From assembly GCA_036502905.1 (NCBI GenBank), contig DASXXV010000079.1, positions 9,507 to 73,506 of the forward strand: a stretch of DNA of 64,000 bases, given 5' to 3'. This DNA is from Terracidiphilus sp. (GTDB taxonomy: Bacteria > Acidobacteriota > Terriglobia > Terriglobales > Acidobacteriaceae). Made by a program: the position numbers and the translations under genes. Under the pieces are notes generated by a model. It worked only from the letters and a program-made list of their open reading frames with translations, had not been told where the DNA came from and made no database searches. Positions 48,414 through 58,771 of this stretch are shown here, in pieces. Numbering within the stretch: the stretch's first letter is position 1; each line of letters starts with the position of its first letter.

Positions 48414-49501
48414 CCCCCACCTCCAGGCCGATGCAGCCTTCCGGACTGACCGACATTACGAAGCTGCCGGTGACGGGGGACGAGTCGCAGGAAACGGCAC
48501 TGGAGTCCTCGTCGCTGGGTATGGACCTGCACGACGATGCGCCTTCGTTTGAATTCTTCCAGGCGGTAGCGCTGCTGCAGCGCATGCAGAGCGACCGCCG
48601 GCCCGTGGGTCATTTCTTCAGTCCGGAAGACGAGACCGTCCGGTTCCATGTCAATCCGCGCATGGGATTTCCGGCCAGCGAAGTCCAGGAGTTGCAGGTC
48701 CACAAAGATGCGCCCGCCGACATGATGGTCAACTTTATGGGGTTGACCGGACCGCAGGGCGTGCTTCCTTACGTCTATAGCGAACAGCTCCTGGAGCGGC
48801 TGCGCGCCAAGGACCGAAGCCTGGCGTCGTTCCTCGACATTTTCAATCATCGCGCCATCTCGCTGTTTTATCGCGCCTGGCAGCGGACGCGGTTCCCCGT
48901 GAATTACGCATCCGGGTCGCTCGATTTCTTCAGCCAGTACCTGCGCGACCTTCTGGGCATCGGCACGGCGGGCCTATCGGATCGCCAGCGCCTTGAAGAC
49001 GAGGCCCTGATGCATTACATCGGGCTGGTCGCCATGCAGTCACGCTCCGCGGTGGCTCTGGAACAGATTCTGGCCGACTACTTCGAAGTACCGATCGAGA
49101 TCGAGCAGTTCACGGGAGCATGGTACTCGCTGGACCAGTCCACGCAGTGTGCCATGAACGAGAAGGATTCGATGTCGACGCAAATGGGCGCGGGCGCGGT
49201 GGTGGGGGACGCGGTGTGGGATCGCGGAGGGCGCGTACGCATTCGCATCGGCCCAATCAGCCTGCAACGCTACGACGATTTTCTGCCCGGCGGAAGCGCC
49301 AACGCGTCCCTGCGCGCCATCACCAGGTTCTTTTCCAACGGCTGCATGGATTTTGAAGCGCAACTGGTGCTCGATCGACGGGAAGTTCCACCGGTCGAGC
49401 TCGATTTCGACGCCAGGCACCCCGCGCGTCTGGGCTGGGTGTCGTGGGCCAGGACTGCGCCTATGGGCGCCGACCCGGACGATACGATTCTGGCGGTATA
49501 A
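48377..49501 (+). CDS. tssG: T6SS baseplate subunit TssG
   Basis: FEFFQAVALL, MGFPASEV, FMGLTGPQGVLP, FLDIFNHR..SLFYRAW, LGWVSW; start overlaps the end of tssF. Confidence 0.95.
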   Translation: MATKIGTSPSGLTPTSRPMQPSGLTDITKLPVTGDESQETALESSSLGMDLHDDAPSFEFFQAVALLQRMQSDRRPVGHFFSPEDETVRFHVNPRMGFPASEVQELQVHKDAPADMMVNFMGLTGPQGVLPYVYSEQLLERLRAKDRSLASFLDIFNHRAISLFYRAWQRTRFPVNYASGSLDFFSQYLRDLLGIGTAGLSDRQRLEDEALMHYIGLVAMQSRSAVALEQILADYFEVPIEIEQFTGAWYSLDQSTQCAMNEKDSMSTQMGAGAVVGDAVWDRGGRVRIRIGPISLQRYDDFLPGGSANASLRAITRFFSNGCMDFEAQLVLDRREVPPVELDFDARHPARLGWVSWARTAPMGADPDDTILAV

Positions 49502-49566
49502 GTTTCTCTCGAGCCCCGCGGCACATGGGTTATGGGGACGCACCACGATCTGGAGGTGAATTAAAA

Positions 49567-52329
49567 ATGGGACTGAACCTGAAAGCTCTAATCGGAAAGT
49601 TGAATGACCAGGCCCGCGCCGCCCTGGAAGGCGCTGCCGGCCTTTGCCTATCCCGTACCCACTACGACATTGAAGTGGAGCACTTCATCAGCAAGCTTCT
49701 GGATTCGTCCTCCAATGATTTCGCGTGCATCATCAAGCACTTCGAAATTGACAAGTCCCGTCTCACCGCCGAGCTGACGCGCAGCCTGGACAAGTTGAAA
49801 TCGGGCAATGCGCGCACTCCGGCGATCAGCCCGACGGTCATGAAGATGCTGACCACCGCGTGGACCATCGGATCCATCGATTTCAACGCGGGATCGGTGC
49901 GCACCGGGTTCATCATTCTCGCGCTGGCCTCCGATGAAGACCTTTCGCGGCTGATGCGCGAAGTGAGCAGCCGGGAATTTCCGAAGATCAATGCCGATGC
50001 GCTGAAGAAGGATCTCCTGGCCATTTGCGCGCTCTCCCAGGAGACCACCGCCAGCGGGGCGGCAATCGGCGCCGCTGCCGGTGCGTCGGGTGAGGGTGCG
50101 AAACCACTCGGCGGCAAGACGCCCAATCTTGACTCCTACACGGTTGACCTGACGGGCAACGCGAAGCGGGGCAAGATCGACCCGGTGCTTGGCCGCGACC
50201 CGGAGATCCGCCAGGTGATAGATATTCTCACCCGCCGGCGGCAGAACAATCCGATCCTTACCGGCGAAGCGGGCGTGGGCAAGACCGCGGTGGTGGAGGG
50301 CTTCGCGCTGCGGGTTGCGAATGGCGATGTGCCGCCGCCCCTCAAGAACGTCACCATCCGCACGCTCGACCTGGCCCTGCTGCAGGCCGGGGCGGGCGTC
50401 AAGGGTGAGTTCGAGAACCGGCTCAAGGGCCTCATCGAAGAAGTGAAGAATTCTCCCACTCCCATCATTCTGTTCATTGACGAGGCGCACACCATGATCG
50501 GCGCCGGCGGGCAGGCGGGACAGGGCGATGCCGCCAACCTGCTGAAGCCGGCGCTGGCGCGCGGCGAGCTCCGCACCATCGCTGCGACCACGTGGTCTGA
50601 ATACAAGAAGTACTTCGAGAAGGATGCGGCGCTGGCCAGGCGCTTCCAGGTCGTCAAGGTGGAAGAGCCGAGCGAGCCGCAATGCATGATCATGATGCGC
50701 GGCCTGGTCGCCTCCCTGGAGAAGCACCACAATGTGCGCATCCTCGACGAGGCGGTGTTCGCGGGAGTGAAGCTCACCCATCGTTATCTGGCGGGACGCC
50801 AGTTGCCCGACAAGGCGGTAAGCATTCTCGATACGGCTTGCGCGCGCCTGGCGCTGGGGCAGAATACTACGCCGCCTGCCATTGAAGACCTGCACCGCGA
50901 GATCGACGCGCTGGAGGTGCAGACGCGCATTCTAAATCGGGAGGAAAGCGTGGGCGCCGATCACCAGGAGAAGCTGGCCGAGATCGCCGCCCAGAGGGAG
51001 AAGGCGCAGACCCGGCTGGCCGCGCTCGAGGGCCGCTGGGACAAGGAAAAAGAGCTGGTCGGGAAGATCCGGGAACTGCGGAGCAAGCTGGAGAATGTGG
51101 GCAAGCCCGCGCCCCCGCCGGCTGCGGACGCAGCTGCCGCAACCATGCCGGCCGGCAGCCCTGTCCAACAGAATGGCCATGCGGCTGCAGCCGAAGCACC
51201 TGCGACTCCTGAAGATACCAAGGCGCAGTTGCAGGCTCTGGAAGCCGAGTTGTCCGCTCTGCAGGGTGAGACCGGCCTTATCCGGGTTTGTGTCGATGCG
51301 CAGATCGTGGGCGAGGTCCTGTCTGCGTGGACAGGCATTCCGGCCGGCAAGATGCTCAAAGATGAGATCACCACGGTGCTGGCGCTGAAGGACCATCTGG
51401 CCAGGCGCGTCATCGGCCAGGATCATGCGATGGAGATCATCTCGCAGCGTGTGCAGACTTCGCGCGCCTCGCTCGATGATCCCAACAAGCCGGTGGGCGT
51501 CTTTATGCTCGTGGGTCCCAGCGGCGTGGGCAAGACGGAGACGGCGCTGGCGCTGTCCGACCTGCTCTATGGCGGCGAGCACAACCTGATCACCATCAAC
51601 ATGTCGGAGTTCCAGGAGCCGCATACGGTGTCCACGCTGAAAGGCTCGCCGCCCGGATATGTGGGGTACGGCGAGGGCGGAGTGCTGACCGAGGCTGTTC
51701 GCCGGCGGCCCTACTCCTGCGTGCTGCTGGATGAGGTCGAGAAAGCCCATCCCGACGTCCTGGAGCTCTTTTTCCAGGTGTTCGACAAAGGCCAGATGGA
51801 AGACGGTGAAGGACGCGAGATCAATTTCAAGAACAACATCATCATCCTCACCACCAACGCCTGCACGGACGAGATGATGAAGCTGGTGGCCGATCCGGAG
51901 ACCGCGCCCGGGCCGCGCGCGCTGGTTGAGGCCCTGAAGCCTGGATTGAACAAGATCTTCAAGCCGGCGTTTCTGGGACGCATGGTTATCATCCCCTATT
52001 TCCCGGTACGCGATGAGGCGCTGAAGCAGATTATTCGCCTTAAACTGGGCAAGATTCAGCGCCGGCTGCAGGAAAACCACAAGATCAAACTCACCTACGA
52101 CGATGCCTTCCTGGAAGCGGTGGCGGCGCGATGCACCGAGGTGGAGAGCGGCGCGCGCAACGTCGACAACATCCTTACCAACTCGCTGTTACCCGACATA
52201 TCGCGCAAGATCCTGGGCAGCATGGCGGAAGGAGAGAAGATGAGCGCCATCCATGTAAGCATGGGCGAGAACGGGGAATTCAGCTACGGCGACCCGGCCG
52301 CCGCGCTGGTGGAAGAGACAGTGTCGTAG
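49567..52329 (+). CDS. tssH: T6SS AAA+ ATPase ClpV
   Basis: LIGKLN…[27 protein letters not shown], second Walker [25 protein letters not shown]. Confidence 0.97.
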   Translation: MGLNLKALIGKLNDQARAALEGAAGLCLSRTHYDIEVEHFISKLLDSSSNDFACIIKHFEIDKSRLTAELTRSLDKLKSGNARTPAISPTVMKMLTTAWTIGSIDFNAGSVRTGFIILALASDEDLSRLMREVSSREFPKINADALKKDLLAICALSQETTASGAAIGAAAGASGEGAKPLGGKTPNLDSYTVDLTGNAKRGKIDPVLGRDPEIRQVIDILTRRRQNNPILTGEAGVGKTAVVEGFALRVANGDVPPPLKNVTIRTLDLALLQAGAGVKGEFENRLKGLIEEVKNSPTPIILFIDEAHTMIGAGGQAGQGDAANLLKPALARGELRTIAATTWSEYKKYFEKDAALARRFQVVKVEEPSEPQCMIMMRGLVASLEKHHNVRILDEAVFAGVKLTHRYLAGRQLPDKAVSILDTACARLALGQNTTPPAIEDLHREIDALEVQTRILNREESVGADHQEKLAEIAAQREKAQTRLAALEGRWDKEKELVGKIRELRSKLENVGKPAPPPAADAAAATMPAGSPVQQNGHAAAAEAPATPEDTKAQLQALEAELSALQGETGLIRVCVDAQIVGEVLSAWTGIPAGKMLKDEITTVLALKDHLARRVIGQDHAMEIISQRVQTSRASLDDPNKPVGVFMLVGPSGVGKTETALALSDLLYGGEHNLITINMSEFQEPHTVSTLKGSPPGYVGYGEGGVLTEAVRRRPYSCVLLDEVEKAHPDVLELFFQVFDKGQMEDGEGREINFKNNIIILTTNACTDEMMKLVADPETAPGPRALVEALKPGLNKIFKPAFLGRMVIIPYFPVRDEALKQIIRLKLGKIQRRLQENHKIKLTYDDAFLEAVAARCTEVESGARNVDNILTNSLLPDISRKILGSMAEGEKMSAIHVSMGENGEFSYGDPAAALVEETVS

Positions 52330-52478
52330 CGCTGTTGTCGCGGTTGGTGACGAGCTACCGTCTTTTTCAGGCGGCTTCGCGGAAGCGAGTACGATGCGAT
52401 CACGATGGCGCTGCGAGTCAACCACGAAGTCTCGCAGCGCCGCTTGTTAACCGGCGTGTTCGCAGGAGATTTTTTTAT

Positions 52479-54629
52479 ATGGCACTGTACACACAAGCCG
52501 GACGTCTCATTTCATTGAAGACTCCGCTGGGCGAGGATAAGCTGCTGCTCACCGGCTTCACCGGCCAGGAAGCGATTTCGCGCCTGTTCCATTTCCATCT
52601 CACCACGCTGTCTGAAGACACGGCCATCGATTTCACCCAGATCGTCGGCCAGAACGTTACCGTCAATGTGAACAAGGCTGATGATTCGCAGCGATATTTC
52701 AATGGCATCGTCAGCCACTTCGCGTGCACCGGCAAAGAAGGCGATATGGTGCGGTACGAGTTGCAGGTGGTGCCGAACCTGTGGACGCTCTCGCGCTATG
52801 CTGACTGCCGGATCTATCACAACAAGGACGTCACCGAGATCGTGAAGGCGGTGCTTGACGAACGGAGTATTGAATACCAGGCTTCGTTTACCGCGGGATA
52901 TAACAAGCTCGAGTACTGCGTGCAGTATCGCGAGACGGATCTCAATTTTATCTCCCGGCTGATGGAGCATTTCGGAATCTTCTACTTCTTCAAGCACGAG
53001 GACAGCTCGCACACCATGATGCTGGGCGACTCAACCAGCGCGCACCAGGAGTGCCCGGGGCAGAGCAGCGCCAGTTTCAACCTGGCCGGGGGCGGCCTTG
53101 ATGCCGGCGACGTAGTCAACGCATGGAGCATCGGGCAGGAGCTGCGCAGCGGAAAGCATTCGCTGACTGACTATAACTTCACCACCTCAACGACCGATCT
53201 GCTGTCTCAGGAATCCACGATCTACACGGTGGCGAACAACGCCGGCATGGAAATCTTCGATTATCCCGGTCCGCATCTCACCACGTCGGACGGATCGGTG
53301 CTTGCCAAGCTGCGCATGGAGGAGGACGAGGCCGTCCACAAGATCGCTCGCGGAGGGAGCGTATGCCGATGCTTCACCACGGGCTACAAGTTTGACCTGC
53401 AGGAGCATCCGCTGGATGCGATGAACGCTACCTATCTTCTGACCGAAATCCAGCACGTTGCGACCGTTGCCGGCACGTACCGCGATGACGCCGGCGTGGG
53501 GTCGGCGGTAGCCGCGGCCGCTGCGGCGGCCGGGGGAGAGGACACTTACTCGAATCATTTCACCTGCATTCCTTCGGACGTTCCATTCCGGCCGGCGCGG
53601 GTGACGCCCAAGCCCTTCGTGCAAGGTCCGCAGACCGCCACCGTCGTGGGCAAGGGCGACGACAAGGACTCTGACGACGATCAGGAAGCGGGCGGCGACG
53701 GCGAGGAGATCTGGGTAGACAAATTTGGCCGCGTCCTGGTGCACTTCCCATGGGATCGCGGGAGAGACATGTCGTGCTGGATGCGGGTCTCGCAGGACTG
53801 GGCCGGGCAGGGCTGGGGCATGATCAATATCCCGCGCGTGGGCCAGGAGGTGATCGTCAGCTTTCTGGAAGGCGACCCGGACCGGCCCATCATCACCGGG
53901 CGGGTGTACAACGACGTTCAGACGGTGCCCTACAGCCTGCCCGAAAACGGCACGCGCACCACCCTCCGGACCTCCACGTCCACCGGGGGCGGCACGGCGC
54001 ACTATAACGAGCTCCGGTTCGAGGATAAGCAGGGCAGTGAACAGGTGTTCGTCCGCGGCGAAAAAGACTACGACACCCGAATTGTGAACGACTCGCGCGA
54101 GTGGATTGGGAATAATCGCAGCCTGATGGTGGTCAAGGACCAGATGGAGAAGGTCAGCGGAGACCTTCACCTGCAGGTGGAAGGAAAAAAATTCGAGAAG
54201 GTAACCAAGGAAGCCCACCTCACGGTGGAGGACAAAACATTCGAGAAGTTCAACGCCGACTTCAATCAACATGTGCAGACTAACTGGAATCACAAGTCCG
54301 ACCAGAATGTTTCCATCCAGGCCGGGCAGAACATGTATGAGAAGTCGGGCATGAACTACGCCCACGAAGCGGGAATGGAGATTCACCTGAAGGCGGGCAT
54401 GACAATGGTGCTGGAGGCCGGCGTACAGCTCTCGCTGAAGGTGGGGGGCAGCTTTGTGGATATCGGACCGGCGGGCGTCTCGATCTCCGGGCCGATGGTG
54501 ATGATCAACAGCGGCGGCGCGGCAGGCTCCGGAAGCGGCTCAAGCCCGACCAGCCCGACCGATGCCCAAGCTCCCAAGGACCCGGACGAAGCCGACGACG
54601 GCAGCAAGGGAACCAAAATGAACGGCTAG
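52479..54629 (+). CDS. vgrG: T6SS spike protein VgrG (no C-terminal effector extension)
   Basis: EAISRLF, YCVQYRETDLNFISRLME..GIFYFF, GPQTATVVG, PRVGQEVIVSFLEGDPDRPIITGRVYN, NELRFEDK. Confidence 0.96.
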   Translation: MALYTQAGRLISLKTPLGEDKLLLTGFTGQEAISRLFHFHLTTLSEDTAIDFTQIVGQNVTVNVNKADDSQRYFNGIVSHFACTGKEGDMVRYELQVVPNLWTLSRYADCRIYHNKDVTEIVKAVLDERSIEYQASFTAGYNKLEYCVQYRETDLNFISRLMEHFGIFYFFKHEDSSHTMMLGDSTSAHQECPGQSSASFNLAGGGLDAGDVVNAWSIGQELRSGKHSLTDYNFTTSTTDLLSQESTIYTVANNAGMEIFDYPGPHLTTSDGSVLAKLRMEEDEAVHKIARGGSVCRCFTTGYKFDLQEHPLDAMNATYLLTEIQHVATVAGTYRDDAGVGSAVAAAAAAAGGEDTYSNHFTCIPSDVPFRPARVTPKPFVQGPQTATVVGKGDDKDSDDDQEAGGDGEEIWVDKFGRVLVHFPWDRGRDMSCWMRVSQDWAGQGWGMINIPRVGQEVIVSFLEGDPDRPIITGRVYNDVQTVPYSLPENGTRTTLRTSTSTGGGTAHYNELRFEDKQGSEQVFVRGEKDYDTRIVNDSREWIGNNRSLMVVKDQMEKVSGDLHLQVEGKKFEKVTKEAHLTVEDKTFEKFNADFNQHVQTNWNHKSDQNVSIQAGQNMYEKSGMNYAHEAGMEIHLKAGMTMVLEAGVQLSLKVGGSFVDIGPAGVSISGPMVMINSGGAAGSGSGSSPTSPTDAQAPKDPDEADDGSKGTKMNG

Positions 54630-54782
54630 GATGCTCAGAAAGGCTCCCGTTGCGCGCTCCCAGCTGACTTAGTATTTTAATGAGCATTGAAATCGATCGA
54701 TTCGGGCGGCCGGGGTTCCGGGATTGGGAACGTGGGCGCGCCTGAAAATTTCACTCAATCGGAACCGCGCCGGTTATCGACC

Positions 54783-56153
54783 ATGAAACAATTACAGCCC
54801 GTTCTTTGGAGCAAAGGCACCTTTCTGACGCCCCAGCATATGCAGCTCCAGGACAAGTTCCTGGAAGACAGCATGAACTTCCGCGTGCAATCGCTGAAGT
54901 TCTGCGCGTGGGGTTTCAACGAAGTCGTGCTCGACCAGGAACTGCTGGCGGACGGGCAGCTGGCCGTTTCCCGCGCTTCCGGCATCTTTCCCGATGGACT
55001 GCTGTTTGATATTCCCGGTCCGGACCAGCCGCCGCCCTCCAAGGCCATCGCCGAGTACTTCGATCAGGATGTAAAGAGCCTGGACTTCTACCTGACCGTC
55101 CCCGACTACAAAGACAAGGGCTTGAATGTCGCCGGCCTGGGGCGCACCGCGAGTTCCCGCTACCTGGCGGAGATCGCCAGCGTGCGCGACGACAACACCG
55201 GCCAGGGCGAAAAGCCGATTCAGATTGCGCGCAAGAATCTGCGCATCCTGGCGGAGAACGAGACGCGCGAAGGAAGCTCGGCGCTGCGCATTGCCAATGT
55301 CGCGAAGACCGACACCGGCGGATTCCAGCTGAATCCCCGCTTCGTTCCGCCGCTGCTTGAAGTCCGCGCCAGCGATTACGTCCGCAATCTCGTCAACGGG
55401 ATTCTCGAACTTCTTTCCGCCAAAAGCACGCAGCTCTCGGGAACCCGCCGCGAAAAGAACCAGAGCCTGGCCGACTTCACCACCATGGATATCGCCGATT
55501 TTTGGCTCCTTTACACGGTCAATTCCAGCATCCCGGTGCTGAATCACCTGCTCCAGGGTCAGCGCTGCCATCCCGAAGACCTTTTTTCGACGCTCACCGG
55601 GCTCGGCGCATCGCTCACCACGTTTCACCCCACCATCCGCCCGCGCGACCTCCCGCCTTACGATCATGCGGAACTGGGCGACGTATTTCGCGAGCTCGAT
55701 CAAAAACTGCGCATCCTGATTGACACCAGCATTCCGCGCAATGCGGTTTCGCTGCCCCTCAAGCAGGTGAACAGCACTATTTATGCCGCCGCCCTGGACC
55801 ATGACAAGTACCTGGTGAACACCCGCATGTACCTCGCGATTGCCGCCGACGCCAGCAAGGACACCATCATTCGGCGCGTGCCCCAGCTCGTGAAGGTTTG
55901 CTCCGCGACGCACATTGATCAGTTGGTGAACTCGGCCCTGCCGGGCATGGTGCTCACTCACGTTCCCAGCCCGCCCAGCGCCATTCCCATCAAGATGAAG
56001 TACCAGTACTTCAGCCTGACGCAGAGCGGCGCAGCCTGGGACACGGTGCCGCGCGCGCGCAACTTTGCCGCATACGTGCCGGCCGATATCGCCAATCCGC
56101 AGATGGAGTTGGTGATCCTGCTCCCCCAGGCGCAGACAGGCGAATCGCTATGA
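54783..56153 (+). CDS. tssK: T6SS baseplate subunit TssK, paralogue 1
   Basis: VLWSKGTFLTPQHMQLQD, GIFPDG, FVPPLL, HPEDLF, YDH, NSALPG. Confidence 0.93.
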   Translation: MKQLQPVLWSKGTFLTPQHMQLQDKFLEDSMNFRVQSLKFCAWGFNEVVLDQELLADGQLAVSRASGIFPDGLLFDIPGPDQPPPSKAIAEYFDQDVKSLDFYLTVPDYKDKGLNVAGLGRTASSRYLAEIASVRDDNTGQGEKPIQIARKNLRILAENETREGSSALRIANVAKTDTGGFQLNPRFVPPLLEVRASDYVRNLVNGILELLSAKSTQLSGTRREKNQSLADFTTMDIADFWLLYTVNSSIPVLNHLLQGQRCHPEDLFSTLTGLGASLTTFHPTIRPRDLPPYDHAELGDVFRELDQKLRILIDTSIPRNAVSLPLKQVNSTIYAAALDHDKYLVNTRMYLAIAADASKDTIIRRVPQLVKVCSATHIDQLVNSALPGMVLTHVPSPPSAIPIKMKYQYFSLTQSGAAWDTVPRARNFAAYVPADIANPQMELVILLPQAQTGESL

Positions 56154-57502
56154 GATCGCTCACCAGACCGGTGTGGTGGGAGGGCATGTACCTGGGGCCG
56201 CATCATTTCCAGGCCCAGAACCGCTATTTCGAGGATGCGCTCAACTTCGTCACCGCCAGCCTGTGGCGCGATGCGTGCGGATTTGCCGGACTGCAGTTCG
56301 ATGCCGACGCGCTGCGCAACGGCACCCTGGTATTGACGCATGCGCGCGGGCTCTTCGCGGACGGGCTGGCCTTCGATCTGCCCGATTCCGACCCGCCCCC
56401 CGCGCCTAAAGCGTTCGCGGCGCTGTTCTCTCCGGTGGCCGATCATCTCGACCTGTTTCTCGCGGTTCCCGCGGTGGTGCGCGACGGACAAAACACTACT
56501 CTGAATGGAACCGTCAATGGAACCCGGTATGTCGCCACGGATCAGAATCTCGCCGACCAGAACACCGGGCTCGACGAAAAGGCCATCAAAGTCGGGCGCA
56601 AAAACCTCCAGATCCTCGCCGAGTCCGAGCTGTCGGAGCGCTACGTGCATTTGCCAGTCGTACGGCTCATGCGCGACGGCACGGGCCGATTCGAAGCCGA
56701 TCCCACCTTTGTTCCGCCGTGCATCAACATCAGCGCCATCCCCGCGCTCACCGGCATGCTGCGCCGGTTGCTCGACATCCTCGACGAGAAAAGCACCGTG
56801 TTCACGCAGGAACAGGAACAGCGCAATGGCGTCTTCCAGGCGGGCATGTCGCCCCGCAACGTGGCGCAGTTCTGGTTTCTGCACGCGCTGAATTCGAGCA
56901 TTCCCACCCTGCGGCACTTGCTGCTCTGCCAGCACGCGCATCCGCAGGATCTGTTCCGGGAGATGTCGCGGCTGGCAGGTGCGCTGTGCACCTTCGTGCT
57001 CGACGTGCATCCCCGCTCCCTGCCGCAGTACGACCACTGGAATCTCGGCAAGTGTTTTGCCGAACTCGACGAGCAACTTCGCCGGCTTCTGGAAATTGTG
57101 ATTCCACAGAAGGCCATCAAGATCCCCCTGCGCGCGGTGGAGAGCTTCCTGTACAACGGCGACGTCAAGGACGAGCGCTGCCTCGGCCCGGGACGCTGGA
57201 TTCTCGAGATCCAGTCGCCCATCGGCGAAGCCGACCTGATCGCCAATGTTCCCCGGCTCACCAAGGTGTGCTCGGCGCGCTTCGTGGTAGAGCTGATCAA
57301 GCGCGCGCTGCCCGGCCTGTTGCTGACCCATCTTCCGGTTCCGCCGGTGCAGATCATGGCGCGCGTGGAGAGCCATTACTTTTCGATTCAGCGCACCGGG
57401 CCTTGCTGGGAGCACATTGTGCAGACCCGCCAGGTGGGCGTCTATGTCCCGGCCGAGATTCCGACTCCGCAGCTCGGCCTGATCGTGCTGCTCGACGAGT
57501 AA
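56150..57502 (+). CDS. tssK: T6SS baseplate subunit TssK, paralogue 2
   Basis: VWWEGMYLGPHHFQAQ, GLFADG, FVPPC, HPQDLF, YDH, ALPGL; ATGA overlap with paralogue 1. Confidence 0.93.
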   Translation: MRSLTRPVWWEGMYLGPHHFQAQNRYFEDALNFVTASLWRDACGFAGLQFDADALRNGTLVLTHARGLFADGLAFDLPDSDPPPAPKAFAALFSPVADHLDLFLAVPAVVRDGQNTTLNGTVNGTRYVATDQNLADQNTGLDEKAIKVGRKNLQILAESELSERYVHLPVVRLMRDGTGRFEADPTFVPPCINISAIPALTGMLRRLLDILDEKSTVFTQEQEQRNGVFQAGMSPRNVAQFWFLHALNSSIPTLRHLLLCQHAHPQDLFREMSRLAGALCTFVLDVHPRSLPQYDHWNLGKCFAELDEQLRRLLEIVIPQKAIKIPLRAVESFLYNGDVKDERCLGPGRWILEIQSPIGEADLIANVPRLTKVCSARFVVELIKRALPGLLLTHLPVPPVQIMARVESHYFSIQRTGPCWEHIVQTRQVGVYVPAEIPTPQLGLIVLLDE

Positions 57503-57592
57503 CACCGCGGGCCGGCGCATCCAGCCTCTACAATTGACCTTATCGCCGGAGCTTCCGGCCATGATTCCCGCACGCCGCAGGGTTTAGCGAAG

Positions 57593-58750
57593 ATGGCATT
57601 CCAACCAGGCCAGAGGATCGGCGATTACGATGTCGTGGCAAAGCTGGGCGCCGGCGGTCTGGGCGAGGTGTACGAGGTGCAACACCTCATCTCGCAGCGG
57701 CGCGAAGCCATGAAGATCCTGCTACCCGACCAGGGCTCTCCTGACATGGTCGAACGCTTCCGGCGGGAAGTGCAAACGCTGGCTACGCTCAACCACATCC
57801 ATATCGCCCAGCTGCACACCGCGTTTTACTTCGAAAACCAGCTCGCCATGATCATGGAGCTGGTCCACGGGGAAACCCTGCGCGATCTGCGCCTGCGCAT
57901 GGCCATTTCTCTGTCCCAGGCATTGGAGTATATGGCGCAGACGCTGAACGCCCTGGCCTACGCGCACCGCCTGGGGGTGGTTCACCGCGATATCAAGCCG
58001 TCCAACATCATGATCACCGAGGGCGGATTCGTGAAACTGCTGGACTTCGGTATCGCGCTGACCGGGCACGGCACTGAATTGACACGCGCCGGCTACCTGC
58101 TGGGTTCACTCAATTACATGTCCCCCGAGCAGGTGGGAGGAAGCAAGGCCACGTCGCGTTCGGACCTCTACTCAGTTGGGGTAACGCTGTATGAGCTGCT
58201 CACCGGGTCGCTGCCTATCAAGGGCGCGAACAATTACGAGATCATGATGGGGCACATCAACCAGGTTCCCGTGCCGCCACACCAGCTTGACCCGCAAGTG
58301 CCGATCGCCGTTTCTGAAGCCGTATTGCGCGCCCTGAGCAAGGATCCGGCGCAGCGATTCGGCAGCGCGGAAGAATTCCTTGATGCGCTCCGGCTCACTC
58401 CCGCAACCAGCGAGGAGGGACACACCTACGCTGCGCCGCTGCCGGTTCCGCCGATGGCGAGCGCTCGCATTCCGGCGCCTCCGGTCCCGCTCCCGATTCC
58501 TTCACCGTCGCACACGCAAATGGCCGCGCACCCGGTCCAGACCAAGTCGGGCTCCTCGAGCGGATTCCAGAATCTTTCCCTTGAGGAGATCAGTCGCAAG
58601 TTGGCCGTCTATATCGGGCCGGTGGCCAAGTTCGTGGTGAAGAAACTGGCCGCGCAGTCAGAGGATCTCGACTTCATTTACCGCGAAGCCGCGAAGCAGA
58701 TTCCGTCGGACTCGGACCGGGCCGCCTTCCTGAAGGCGCGGCGCCAATAG
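57593..58750 (+). CDS. Hanks-type Ser/Thr protein kinase, soluble, with Pro-rich linker and small C-terminal helical domain
   Basis: GAGGLGEVY, AMK, HRDIKPSN, DFG, YMSPEQ, SDLYSVG; no TM segment. Confidence 0.92.
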   Translation: MAFQPGQRIGDYDVVAKLGAGGLGEVYEVQHLISQRREAMKILLPDQGSPDMVERFRREVQTLATLNHIHIAQLHTAFYFENQLAMIMELVHGETLRDLRLRMAISLSQALEYMAQTLNALAYAHRLGVVHRDIKPSNIMITEGGFVKLLDFGIALTGHGTELTRAGYLLGSLNYMSPEQVGGSKATSRSDLYSVGVTLYELLTGSLPIKGANNYEIMMGHINQVPVPPHQLDPQVPIAVSEAVLRALSKDPAQRFGSAEEFLDALRLTPATSEEGHTYAAPLPVPPMASARIPAPPVPLPIPSPSHTQMAAHPVQTKSGSSSGFQNLSLEEISRKLAVYIGPVAKFVVKKLAAQSEDLDFIYREAAKQIPSDSDRAAFLKARRQ

Positions 58751-58771
58751 AGTTTTCCGGGTGGCCGGAGG

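Noticed and set aside
40565-54629. Prophage tail or eCIS interpretation of the sheath, tube and baseplate genes
   Set aside because: ClpV, TssK, TssL, TssM and the split TssB/TssC sheath identify a T6SS; no capsid, terminase, integrase or lysis genes.
43388-57562. Long antisense ORFs across the T6SS operon (e.g. 43388-44998, 49648-50895, 55958-57562)
   Set aside because: Shadow ORFs expected in high-GC coding DNA; no motifs or translation signals, and they fully overlap confident genes.
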